From: Octopus sinensis
Lineage: Eukaryota
DNA length: 64,000 nucleotides
Direction: 5' to 3'
Assembly: GCF_006345805.1 (NCBI RefSeq)
Contig: NC_042999.1
Span: forward strand, 166,532,001 to 166,596,000
Of this stretch, positions 41,131 through 53,414 are shown in pieces. The position numbers were made by a program, and so were the translations under genes. Under the pieces are notes generated by a model. The model ran no database searches. It saw only the letters and a program-made list of their open reading frames with translations, and had not been told where the DNA came from. How positions within the stretch are numbered: the stretch's first letter is position 1; each line of letters starts with the position of its first letter.

Positions 41131-41799
41131 CCCATGTTAGGGAAAGTGAAGTATAAAATCGTTTCCTAATAGAATTAGTGAATGTCTTTGTACTGTTTAA
41201 ATGAAAAAATTGTTGTTTCCAATTGGATAACATTCTCAAGATCTCTGTTCACAAAACCTGTGAAGGTTTAACATGAAGTACCTAAGTTGCATGTGGATAT
41301 ATTCTAAAAAAAAATCAGTAGGAAGAAAACCAATAAATTTAAGTTGATTTTATATACTGATAGTTGGCCGAGATGTTTATACACAATTCTTCATAAGTTA
41401 TTAAGAAAATTATCGACTTTTTACTTTCCCAACAATGTACATGATTATGGGATATTTAAGTGATAAAAAATAAAAATAATAATAGGGCTCTACTGACTTT
41501 ATTGAAATGAAAACCCTATGAACTTTCAAAGCAAGATAATTGCAAAATGAAGATTTCTTCAAGTATCATATACTAACAATCGATACTAAAATTTTAAAGT
41601 TGGGAATTTTATTTTAAAACTGCCTAAAATGAACAAAAATCAAATTATAAGTATTTTGAGTAATCTGTAACCATGTTCCTCAATGCTTTAATTATTTTAC
41701 AATACTGATGTGTGTTAGGGAAGAGCAATATATATTATTCTTCTAGTGTGCTGTAGTTATTGAAACTTAATATATCTAACCTGTTCATAGTCACAGCTA

Positions 41800-43150
41800 T
41801 CAAGCTTACTAACAAAACTTCACAAAAACCAAGGTTCCGAAGCAGATCCAGTTTTTAAAGGATGGCCCCTCTCACGCTTTTTGGAAGAAACACATCTCTT
41901 CTAAAGCCACTTGATGATACAAGCCGATAACCTAGCGCAATGGAACATGAGGTTACATCCGTACAAGTGGTGGATGCTTGTTTACTTTTTCTTCAAAAGT
42001 AAACCCAACGTTCAAAATCGATAACAATTATGACAATTCTCACATTTCTACTAAAAACGCCACTTTTTAATGTTGTCGTGAACAGGTCCCTGTTTTCCGG
42101 AAAGGACATGTCGAAGTTAGTTTCATTTCCTACAACCCTCAATACGATTTCAGGTTATTTTGTTTTGTTTTTTTAATTTTATCAGTTCCTATATCTCAGT
42201 CGACGGACGGTACTTATTTAAAATCGAAATCTTTTTTTAGATGAAAATCATGTTTAAAACCTTATCTAAATGAAAGATAAAGATCGATAGTGTTACATGG
42301 AAAATCCGTGTTTGGTGATTGTTATTAAAGTTCTGAGTATTTTAAAACAGACTTTTTTTTTATGTGTGCTAAAGTACAGATTGAAAAAGAAAACCGTGAA
42401 GAAATGTTGTGTCGGATGAGCTCACACTTATGTTTTGTTTCGTCAATAAATCACAGAAAACAAATTAGAAATATTTGTTAAAACAGAAACAAGCCGGAAG
42501 TTACAAAAACTAACATTATTTTCTTCCTGGTTCTGTTTTCCACAATGCACAATAAACGAACAGAAATCATTAAAAGTTACATTATTTAGCATCATTTCTA
42601 ATCGATTATAACTTTTTTTATAAGATCGAAGAAATAACGAATACAAAGACTTCTTTTATCAAGTATTTTGTTTCTCCTAACTTTTCTCTTTTTTTTTTTA
42701 CTTTGCTACAGAAGTTTCCCTGTGAATCTTGTTCTTTTTTTATATTTAACAAATAAATGAAGCAATCTATATGAATTAAATCCTATAACCTGGCTCAAGT
42801 CCTTTTATTATGATTGTTTCCTTGCAATGTGCTCGTTTCAGAAACCAAAATACATCCAATTAAATACGAACCATGGAACAATTATAGTCTTTAGATGTGT
42901 TCTTAGACAAATACTGGCTTGGAGAAAGTTTCTTCGTATAGCTGATTACAATAAGGAAATGTGAATATTTACCTGAAGTGATTTTTAACGTATCCTCTGT
43001 GAAATAGAGAAAAATCGAACTCAACATAATCCTACATGCCAATAACGAGTAATGGCTGCCATTTATTATAAACTTCCGGTTGATTGTTATAAAAACTGAA
43101 ATGGCAAAATGTTTCGGCGGAATGACATCTCGTGGCGGAAAGGCATTGCA
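41800..43150. promoter_or_regulatory. CpG-retaining promoter region with ETS (CCGGAAGT) and YY1-like (AAATGGC) motifs
   Basis: CCGGAAGT on minus at 43072-43079 and on plus near 42496; palindromic AATGGCTGCCATT at 43051-43063; CpGs visibly denser than in the flanks, without TE signatures. Confidence 0.5.
42973..43070 (-). other. TAF6L: Probable non-coding first exon of TAF6L
   Basis: CAG|GTAAAT donor directly downstream of ETS- and YY1-like motifs in a CpG-retaining region; the 5' end is a guess. Confidence 0.5.
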
Positions 43151-44614
43151 TTTCTTCTAAATGAATTCTATTTTGAAAAGAAACATATAATGGTAAAAAT
43201 ATTGTCAATTCTTTTACATATAAGCAAAATCTACTTGAAATATTTATACAAAAGTTGTTTGAACAGTTTTATTATAAATTAAAATCGAAGAGTCAAGTTA
43301 TTACTGGGAAATCAATGTAATTTTATTGAACCCTTTTTCATATGAAATGCATATGTATGTAAGGTGCAGTTATGAGAACTGTATTACTTGTTTTGAAATT
43401 AAATTTCAAATTTCAATATTTAGACGATTTAGATAAAAAAAAAAATTAAAACATGGGAAGGGTTTTTTAAATTTTTATTTATTTATTATTAAAAGCTTTT
43501 CTTAAAATATTTGTTAGTTTGAAGAGGGAGTTTCAAAAATATCAGATCTTGGAAAGAAAATTTGAGCAACTGTTTGAGAGTGAGAATAAGAGGAGGGAGA
43601 GTAGGAAAGGAGAAGGAATTGAATTCTTGAATAGGTTTCCATGGATAGGGGAGGCCTAGGGTTGGCGAGAATGGAGCTGCAGTTGCCATTGTAGTAACAG
43701 TGAAAGAATCAATAAAAGGATGGTGTTCAACAGAGAGCTATTGGCTGTAAATTGGGTGAAGCTTTGCCTATCGTGCAGAAGGATTTACCTTCGTAATAAT
43801 ATTTAATGTGTGTGAGCCTGTATGTGATGGGTGCTCCATTCCTGACATGTGAACAATGATATATATATGTGGGTACATGTACTTTATTAGCTGCTCAAGT
43901 ATAAAAGATTTTCTGTTCCTGTAAAGGAAATTCAGCCTTTAAACTTCAGGAAATGAAATGGTTTGAGCTGATTATAGTTTGTAAGTAAAAGGGATGTATA
44001 ACTATGAGTATATTTCCATGATATGTATAATGTCTCTTCTTTACTATCAAATGAGACAAAATTGTCAAAATCTTCATTTCAAGATGATTTTTCTTCTTTT
44101 TTTTTATTTTTGTGGTGGGTATGTTCTAAAATGAAAGCCATAGAAACCTAATGACATGTAGGGTTTTAGAGCTGATGCAGTTTGAAGAAATGAGATAATT
44201 CAGGTGGTATCAGATGACTAGAAGTGACTACAAATTGATAGAAGGAAAAAAAGTTTTAAAGAGATTATTGAACATGCATTCTTAAAATAGGAGAATAGCA
44301 ATAACTGGGTAAGATTAATTAACACTTGTTTCAAATTATTGATGACTTATAATTGAAATGAAAACAAATCTGACAAGGAATTCCAAAGAGAAGCAATTTT
44401 ATAGACAAAAAGATTGGGGACAAGTTCTTAGGAAGAAAACCAAGAACGAAACACAAGTCATAGTACAATGTGTAAATTTATGTTGAGTAGTAGAATTAGT
44501 AAAATTAGTAGAAAATGATAAAAGGAAACAGAAAAGAACACATCCTAACAGTAGAGAGTTATTACATTATACTGAAGGAGTGTTGTTTGACTAAGCACTC
44601 ATGTTGTGGTAAAT

Positions 44615-44860
44615 GGGAGAGTCACTGCTTCCATATCGAAATGGAACAAAACCCTGAAGTATCTGGGTCTGGCAGTGAATTATCTCTTCCAGCCTGTGGC
44701 ATTTGAGACATTTGGAGGGACTAGGGGTCACTAACCACAAAGTTCTTGTCATCGTTGGCAGCTTGCCTCACTGAGGTGTCAGGTGATGCCCATGAAGATA
44801 CTTGGCTTTTCCAATGCCTTAGCCTCACCATCGCCTGTGGTAATGCTGCAAGCGTGCAGC
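44615..44860 (+). mobile_element. CRE-clade non-LTR retrotransposon 3' remnant
   Basis: KYLGLAVNYLFQPVAFETFG then, after a frameshift, FLSSLAACLTEVSGDAHEDTWLFQCLSLTIACGNAASV. Confidence 0.75.
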
Positions 44861-45307
44861 AGGTTACATTGAACCCTGTGGTGTGCAACCAATTGAAGTA
44901 CTTGGTGCTACATGATATTTTTTTCCTTTCTTCTCCTTTTCATTTTTTTTTCCCACTTTTTTCTTTTCTTTGCTTTTCTTTTGTAACGACTATATTAGTT
45001 TTCAAAATAATGACAATAACTTGAAATCAATAATGAAATAAGACTGTAGAATGTGTTTGTGCTTTGAAAAATGTTAAAAACTCAAGTATTTTCTGGTTGT
45101 GAGAAGGAAATCTGGATTTGGTAATGAAACATGTGAAAACTATGATTGCCAATGTGAATTTATCTAAAATTGTAAGGCCTAAAGAGTGTTATTGTTTTTG
45201 TTGTGCATTGTTCATGAGTAGAAAGTATGCTGTATTCTTTATCAGTGCATCATTCTTACTGTAATTTTTCCTAATAGAATATTTCTGTTCTTAAACAAAC
45301 TGCTTAA

Positions 45308-45530
45308 CCCTTTCGTTACCAACCCGGCTGAAACCGGCTGTGGCTCTGTAGTACAAATGTCTTGTTTTCATAAGTTTTAAATTAAAATCTTCCACCAAAC
45401 CTTAGTCACAATTTATGTTCCTAACACTAACTGAATGATAATACTAAATTATTTTACTAAATTCTTTATTACATTTAAAGTAATTGAAAGAAACACAGAG
45501 CATCTCAAAATAAATACAGTAGCGAAAGGG
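45308..45530. mobile_element. TTAA-flanked MITE family A
   Basis: TIRs and TTAA on both sides. Confidence 0.9.
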
Positions 45531-45635
45531 TTAATGGCCTTGATCTTACAGTTCCATCTGTTTTATAGCTGTGGCTTGTTGCATAGTTTAACTTCTATGT
45601 GTAGCTCAAGTGAACTTTTATGTTCTTTTTATTAA

Positions 45636-46147
45636 CTCTTTCGTTACTGTATTTATTTTGAGATGTTCTGTGTTTCTTTCGATTATTTTAAATATAACAA
45701 AGAATTTAGTAAAATAACTTAGTTATCATTAAGCTGTGGTTAGGGCAGCGGACTCGCGGTCGTAGGATCGCGGTTTCGATTCCCAGACTGGGCATTGTGA
45801 GTGTTTATTGAGCGAAAACACCTTAAAGCTCCACGAGGCTCCGGCAGGGGGTGATGATCCCTGCTGTACTCTTTCACCACTCTTTCTCCCACTCTTTCTT
45901 CTGTTGGCCTGCTCGCTTAGCCAGCGGGGTGGCATCATTCAAAGGCTAAAACAATGTGAACGCATTGTGACCAGCGATGTGTAACTACATCTGATGGACT
46001 GGTCGGTCACGTGATCACGTGATCATTAAGCTAGTGTTAGGAACATAAATTGTGACTAAGGTTTGGTGGAAGATTTTTATTCAAAACTTATGAAAACAAG
46101 ACCTTTGTACGACAGAGCCGGTTTTGGCCGGGTTGGTATCGAAAGGG
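45636..46147. mobile_element. Family A MITE (reverse) split by a SINE insertion
   Basis: MITE halves are colinear across the insertion; TTAA on both sides. Confidence 0.9.
45736..46021 (+). mobile_element. tRNA-derived SINE nested in a MITE
   Basis: B-box ggtttcgattccc; 11-bp TSD ATCATTAAGCT at 45725-45735 and 46022-46032. Confidence 0.85.
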
Positions 46148-46395
46148 TTAAAGAGCTTAGAGTACTCTGGAAATACACTGATATTTTTAAGGTAGACTAA
46201 CTGCAGCATCATGTGACAACAAAATAAGGCTACTGTCAATGAAGGATCTGGCTACATACTGAGTCAAACAGGGAGGAAATATTTCCTCTAATTTCTTTTG
46301 GCAGTGAATTTGAATTTATGTAAAATTTTCTATTGGTAATCACTGCTATGTTAGATGATTATCTTTTTAAGCACAATTATTAAGTCATGGAATTG

Positions 46396-46834
46396 CTTTT
46401 ACTCTTTTACTTGTTTCAGTCATTTGACTGCGGCCATGCTGGAGCACCGCCTTTAGTCGAACAAATCGACCCCAGGACCTATTCTTTGTAAGCCTAGTAC
46501 TTAATCTATCAGTTTCTCTTTTGCCGAACCGCTAAGTTACAGGGACATAAACACACCAGCATCGGTTGTCAAGCGATGTTGGAGGGACAAACACAGACAC
46601 ACAAACATACACACACACATACATATATATACACACATATATATACACACATATATATATATACATATATACGACGGGCTTCTTTCAGTTTCCGTCTACC
46701 AAATCCACTCACAAGGCATTGGTCGGCCCGAGGCTATAGTAGAAGACACTTGCCCAAGGTGCCACACAGTGGGACTGAACCCGGAACCATGTGGTTCGTA
46801 AGCAAGCTACTTACCACACAGCCACTCCTGCGCC
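46396..46834 (-). mobile_element. tRNA-derived SINE
   Basis: Main family. Confidence 0.9.
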
Positions 46835-47121
46835 TATTTTGTTGATTTTTTTTTTGAGACAGTATACATATGTATACATACAAGTAAGCCATAGGTACAT
46901 AACAAGATTGAAAACATAGCACTTGAATACCAAAAATGTAGAACAAAATACTATTTTATTAAAACCAAAAACAAGCTTCACAAATTGTTACTCAGAGTTT
47001 CACAAAACCAGTCATCAGTTACTTGTGATAAAACAAAATAAGAAATAATCTCATAATTCTATTTTAGCAAAAGTGTTTGATGAATGGTCACATGTTTTTT
47101 ATTTTTATTTATATTTATTTT

Positions 47122-47494
47122 TTTACTTGTTTCAGTCATTAGACTGTGGCCATGCTGGGGTACTGCCTTGAAGAATTTTTAGTCAAATGTATCTGCCCCA
47201 GTATTTACTTTTTTAAAAATCTGGTTCTTATTCTATGCTGAAATGCTAAGTTACGGTGACGTAAACACACCAGCACCGGTGGTCAAGAAGTGGTAGGGGG
47301 GCAAACACAGGCACAAAGACACACACACACACATATATGATGGGCTTCTTTCAGTTTCCATCTACAAAATCCACTCACAAGGCTTTGGTCCAAGGCTATA
47401 ATAGAAGATACTTGCCCAAGGTGCCATGCAGTAGAACTGAAGCCTAAACCATGGTTGGGAAGCAAGCTTCTTACCACACAGTCAAGTCTGTGCC
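47122..47494 (-). mobile_element. tRNA-derived SINE, diverged
   Basis: Main family, older copy. Confidence 0.8.
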
Positions 47495-47534
47495 TATGTG
47501 AAGTTTCCTTTTTTTCAGTTTTAATAAAATAGTA

Positions 47535-47562
47535 CATGTGTGTGTGTATATATATATACATT

Positions 47563-47600
<38 letters not shown>

Positions 47601-47612
47601 TATACATATATA

Positions 47613-47643
<31 letters not shown>

Positions 47644-47679
47644 ATATATACATATATATACAATATATATATACATATA

Positions 47680-47711
<32 letters not shown>

Positions 47712-47769
47712 ATATATACAAATACATATATATATATATATACATATATACATATATATATATATATAC

Positions 47770-47800
<31 letters not shown>

Positions 47801-47859
47801 ATATACATATACATATATATATATACATATACATATATATATATACATATATACATATA

Positions 47860-47925
<66 letters not shown>
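47535..47925. repeat. Compound (TA)n/(TACA)n microsatellite
   Basis: Direct inspection; abuts the left TIR of maT copy 3. Confidence 0.95.
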
Positions 47926-47928
<3 letters not shown>

Positions 47929-48997
47929 GGTGCCGTGGGTAAATTGTTACCATTTTATATTTTTAATTTCCTGTATGCGCATTGTCTGTTTTTGATTTTG
48001 TTGACTACACAGTATAGCAGGGTCAGTTGGACACCATCTGTGAGAAAAACAGCACCATGACGCAATTCACTCTGCCAGAAATTTGAAACAACTTGCTGTA
48101 CTGCTTGACATTTGCACTGGAAGCTCCAATATGAACATTTCAGAGTGTTTGGGTATCAATCTGAGGACATGTACTGAGAGTAATAAAAATCAAACATCCA
48201 GACAACATCAGTGTTTGAAGTGATCACTCGTGATGGCGATGTTATGCCTACAGTCATCTTATATGTTATATGTGTATGTATACATATATATATGAATATA
48301 TCTCTATGATTAGCACTATTTTGTTATGCACATTTAGACAGTATGAACTGTGAATAAAGTGAATACACTCAACGTGCATCACTCCGCTGTATACATATAT
48401 GAATGTATCACTCCACCATATACATATATAAACATGCTAAGTAAATAAGTAAATAAACATGGTCAAATCATATTAATGCCTCCAATAAGTTGTTTTATTG
48501 TCCCAACACAAAACAAAGAAGATATAACAGTAGTGCTGCCCTGGGTGAAGAGGGTGGCTGCTGGACACCCCATGTCTGGCAACAGGACTCTGCACCATGC
48601 CACAAAAGCAGGAGAACCCAGACATGGCTGTCAGATAGATTTCTGTGACCACATCACCTCTAACATCTGGCTACCTAACTCCCCAGACTACAACCCCCTT
48701 CATGATTATGTGTAAAAGACCAACAAAAATTCCTTGTAACACCAAAGATGAACTGAAAGCAAGAATTATGGTAGCATTCACCAACTTAAATGAGGAGACC
48801 GTCCAGAAGAGTTGCAGGAGATTCCGAAGTCATATGGAGGCCGTGGTTGAAGCCAGTGGTGATTTTATTGAATGAATTTTACTCTTTAGTATTTCAAGCT
48901 ATTTTTCTGTAATTTTGGTAAATATATTTGTTAAAATGAGATGTCAGTGTTATTTTGATTTTTGCATAATTTAGACGACAGTTTATTTACTACACTG
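47926..48997 (+). mobile_element. maT-like Tc1/mariner remnant, copy 3, with an internal unrelated insert at about 48260-48530
   Basis: TA|CAGGGTGCCGTGGG...CACTG|TA; colinear with copies 1 and 2. Confidence 0.85.
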
Positions 48998-49179
48998 TAT
49001 TTACAGGCTTTTGTTGATGCTTTATGTATATACATTAATTCTCTAGGTCATTCAGCTTTTCTCAACCAATGAATGCACTGATTGAGTAAACCAATCTATA
49101 ATGAACCTATAATGACTATGGGAAACAGCTATAAGTCAAATTTACTACAAGAAAGTAATATGTAATGATCATTATTTGT

Positions 49180-49181
49180 CT

Positions 49182-49246
<65 letters not shown>

Positions 49247-49293
49247 GTGTGTGTATATATATATATATGTGTGTGTGTGTGTATATATATATA

Positions 49294-49328
<35 letters not shown>

Positions 49329-49363
49329 GTGTGTGTGTATGTATATATATATATATATTATAT

Positions 49364-49401
<38 letters not shown>

Positions 49402-49405
49402 CACA
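49180..49405. repeat. Compound (TG)n/(TA)n microsatellite
   Basis: Direct inspection. Confidence 0.95.
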
Positions 49406-49599
49406 CATGGATACATATTGATACGCATGTATTCTACCTTATCATTGTACAAAAGGACAATCAGAAGTATTGTCACTATACCCAAAATGCAGAGATGACT
49501 TTTAAACTGAAAAATACAAATGAATATACAAGAAATTTTTCATTCTACTGACTCTGGCTTTAGCTTAGTGACTTTATCATGTGATTTTTGTCACAAAAG

Positions 49600-50740
49600 A
49601 TACTAAAGGTAAATATTAGTTTCAAATTTTGGCACCGGGCCAGCAATTTCAGGGGAGGGGGTGAGTTGATTATTCCAACTGCCAGTGTCCAACTGGTACT
49701 TATTCTATTGACCCCAGGAGGATGAAAGTCAAAGTTGATCTTGGCAGCATTTGAGCTCAGAATAGAAAATCAGAGGAAATGGTGCTAAGTATTTCTGATG
49801 CGGTAACAATTTTGCCAGCTCACCACCCTAAAGGTAAATAGTGAAAAACAAAATTCTGCATGTGTCGGAAGAGTTGCATTAATTAAATATCTATCATTAG
49901 AATATTTTTTTGGTTTTCTGAGAACATTTTTTTTTATGGTATGGTATAGGTGTGTGGTAAGGAGGTTTCTTCCCAACCACATGGTTGCAGGATTTGGTTA
50001 GTATCTTCTACTGTAGCCTCGAGCTGACAAAGCCTTGTGAGTGGATTTGGTAGACAGAAATTGAAAAACCCCTGTCGTGTGTGTGTGTGCGTGTGCATGC
50101 ATGCATGTGTGTGCATGTATGTTTGTCTGTGTTTGTCCCCAATCACTGCTCGACAACTGATGTTGGCATGTTTACTTGGCTTATAAAAAAAGTACTGAGG
50201 TCGATTTGTTTGACTAAAACCCATCGTGGTTGAGCCCCAGAATGGCTGTAGTCAAAATGATTGAAACAAGTAAAAGATAAAAGATTATGAAAGTTAATAT
50301 CCAACATTCCTCGGGGTGGTGAGTTGGCAGAACTGTTAGAATACCAGGCAAAATGTTTAGTGACATTTCTTTCATCTTTACATTCTGAATTCAAATACTG
50401 CTAAGGTCAACTTTGCCTGTCATCTTTTGGGGGTCAATGAAATAAATAGCAGTTGAACTCTGTGGTCAATATAATGGACTTGCCCCCTTCCCCATAACTG
50501 CTGGCCTTGCGCCAAAATTTGAAACCAATATTTAGCACACCTAAGAACAGTGAGCTAATAGAATGCCAGGCAAAATGCTTTTCATCCATCTTTATATTCT
50601 GTGTTCAAATTCTGTTGGGGTTGACTTTGCCTTTCATCCTTTCGGGGTTGAGAAAATAAGCACCATTTTCACTCTGGAGTTGACATAATTGACTTATCCC
50701 TTCCCAAAATTGCTGCCCTTGTGCCAAAATTTGAAATCAA
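49600..50740. mobile_element. SINE cluster: one minus and two plus copies of the 2845 family plus a diverged main-family copy at about 49948-50285
   Basis: Shared gagttcaaat...gactttgcctttcatcc cores. Confidence 0.7.
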
Positions 50741-51049
50741 TATTTAGCATTCCTTATAATTTGTGCTCCTCCAATGTATTTGCTATTTTTGTTAATTTTG
50801 TTTGTTAATACACTATTTTACTTGTGAAAAAAAAAATCATTTTTGTAAGCTACAGTTAATACTTTGTGTATTATACAATTGCAAGTAATAAACATTGTAA
50901 ATGGGAAAATATGCTTTTTTCAATTAACAACATCTATGAGGAGGCTATAGCAATATGCTTTTGATAACCACAGCTCAATGGCATGTCAATTAATTAATTA
51001 TATATAAGTATTTCCAGCTCTGTCATAAAACAATTTTGGATTGACTATT

Positions 51050-51104
<55 letters not shown>

Positions 51105-51381
51105 TTTGACTGAAAGACTGTTTTGTTCTAACCAAATTGGTGTCGATATATCTCCTCTAGTTTGAATTTATGATCCTTTACTTATCAGGTATCTGCTCAC
51201 CATAATAGAATGCATGGAATTTTGTTCTATTGAAAGACTTGTTGTCATTTGACGAGTAGTATATGGCATTTATGCCTTGTTGGAATGCATAGATACCATT
51301 ATTTGTATTGATTTCCAGTATCAATTTAGTGTTGTCTCCATAGCTACTGAGTATGACCAATTATATATTTTTAGTCCATGT

Positions 51382-51591
51382 GTGAAGGTGCGTGGCCTAG
51401 TGGTGAAGGTGCGTGGCCTAGTGGTGAAGGTGCGTGGCCTAGTGGTGAAGGTGCGTGGCCTAGTGGTGAAGGTGCGTGGCCTAGTGGTGAAGGTGCGTGG
51501 CCTAGTGGTGAAGGTGCGTGGCCTAGTGGTGAAGGTGCGTGGCCTAGTGGTGAAGGTGCGTGGCCTAGTGGTGAAGGTGCGTGGCCTAGTG
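51382..51591 (+). repeat. Ten perfect 21-bp units GTGAAGGTGCGTGGCCTAGTG at a SINE 5' end
   Basis: Each unit carries the A-box TGGCCTAGTGG; the SINE body with B-box-like ggtttgattct (51626-51636) follows. Confidence 0.95.
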
Positions 51592-51944
51592 GTTGAGCTG
51601 TTGCACTCACCATCGCCAGATCATTGGTTTGATTCTCAGACTGGGTGGTGTGTTATGTTCTTGAGCAAAACACTTCATTTCACATTGTTCTAGTGCTGTG
51701 TGGGAACTGGCATGTCAAAGAATAGACCAAATGTTTCCTCTGCGTGTTGTAAAATTCAACTAAAAGAGATTGAGGTAGGATTTGCACTCCAATCTCATAA
51801 AACCCTCACCAGCAGTGACTATCCAAATGAACCCATGCATTGGAGGGTCGTCGCATGAGTGGTACAAAGGTGCCACCCATCAGAAGTAGGGAATCACCAA
51901 GAAATGGTGGATGCAGTGATGTGCTGTTATGGTGCATGCCCCTA

Positions 51945-52008
51945 CACTACTACTACTACAACTACTACTACTACTACTACTACTACTCTACTACTACTAC
52001 TACTACAT
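51945..52008. repeat. (TAC)n microsatellite
   Basis: Direct inspection. Confidence 0.9.
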
Positions 52009-52684
52009 ATCTGAGAAAATTACAGGGAAAACAAGGCATAAAATGAGGCCTTGTGGTACACCACTTATTAAATACAGACGTTATAGGAATTCAGAGATCC
52101 GAATGCCCAACCTACTTTTATGGCAACATCTTTTAGCTTGTGATATATAATTTCATGATCATCCTTGTCAAAGACTTTTGCAGACTCAATTCTTGTTCTT
52201 GATAGTAAGCACTTCTTAATTTAGTTATGTTGTTGCAGAAGCTACCTTTTTTTTATGGAAGAAGCCACACTGAATCCTGTTAAAAAGTCTCTGTTAGTCC
52301 AGATATCTAGTTTATCACCCTTTTGCATATAATTCACTCCAGGACTTTTGAAAGGTCTGAAATTTTTTGTCTGTGACTTACTACCACCTTAATGAATGGA
52401 TGTTATTTTGCTTTTAGCAATAATTCAGTATCTAAATAGCTCTGATAGAACATTTTCAGGGATTGGCAAAGCTGTTTTTAGAGGATTTAGAAGCAGACTT
52501 TAAAGGCAATCTGGTACCAGACCTTGCACCATAACAGCTTATTGATTTGACTGTGTTCTATTAAGTTTACATATGTTAAGCTGTTGCCTAGTGGAATATA
52601 CCAAAATATCCAATATCACTGATGACATCTCAACACAGGACTAAAACTTGTCTAGCTGAACCTTCTTTTTCTGGCCAGGAGATA

Positions 52685-53086
52685 TCTTTATTTATAAAAG
52701 TGAAGTTGTGTGTCTGTCTCCTATGATTTAGATTCCTAACTACTCCCACATTTTGCGGTGCAGTTTAACCAAAACCGAGTATCTTATAGTCGTGATTCAT
52801 ATCGAGCCCTTCTGGGTATTAGCGCGCGTCTACGATGAGTCTACGATTTAAAAAAAAATTTACCATAATTTTTTTCCATTTTAATGCATTTTTTCGCTAT
52901 TATATAAGGGAAGTAACTCTCTAAAAATGTCTACGATGAGTCAAAACGATTTTTTAAAAAATTTACCATAATTTTTTTTTCCATTTTTAATGTATTTTTT
53001 TTGCTATTTTTTGGCTATAACTCTCTAAAAATGCTTATATAGTTATTTCCCTTACAAACCCGAGCAACGCTGGGCGATACTGCTAG
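52685..53086 (+). mobile_element. Non-autonomous Helitron, copy 1
   Basis: A|TC start, 3' hairpin cccgagcaacgctggg, CTAG|T end. Confidence 0.9.
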
Positions 53087-53414
53087 TTGTATATAAAGAC
53101 AAGAGGCTTACATTTGTTTATACATACAGTGTTGGCAAAAAGTTCTATAGATGTATTTAGTAACACATTATATTATTCAGTTATTAAATGCAAGTGTTAG
53201 AATACGACCGTACATGAGGAATTTCGGTGACATGTTTCTCCTCTTGTTCAACAGCGTCCGGCCGCATCCCAACATAACATAACATGATATAATATAATGT
53301 TATATAAGCCATAATACATGTTTGTAATCTCAAACGAGATCATTCTTAATATTTTTCTCAAACAGTGAAGATAGCAATGAAGAAAACAATATTGCTACAC
53401 AGGTGATATTATTA

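Larger units (their letters stand above)
51100..52560 (-). mobile_element. CR1/L2-type LINE RT remnant split by a SINE
   Basis: ITSIH*GGSKSQTKNFRP, AKVFDKDDHEII, SSYGDNTKL...FQQGINAIY...FNRTKFHAFYYG, in RT motif order. Confidence 0.8.

Noticed and set aside
41906-41971. Hairpin with TGATGA resembling a C/D snoRNA or SECIS element
   Set aside because: No D box (CTGA), SECIS helix II does not pair, and it is antisense to the host intron
43950-43986. Plus-strand mini-exon MKWFELIIV with a GTAAGT donor
   Set aside because: No partner exon found; the apparent downstream exon near 52415 is the antisense strand of a LINE remnant
47283-47953. Long YIYI/CVCV ORFs here and at 11170-11723, 12508-12798, 49116-49551 and 63476-63951
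   Set aside because: Microsatellite translations
51178-51360. ORF ILSSYGDNTKL...FHAFYYG as a host exon (CUB-like or GIY-YIG-like)
   Set aside because: Matches the CR1/L2 RT region (SSFADDTK...LQxDL...FNxxKF) and is colinear with upstream RT motifs at 52080-52560
51277-51693. VKVRGLV, EGAWPSG and LGHAPSP repeat ORFs
   Set aside because: Translation artefacts of the 21-bp tandem array, which is open in several frames
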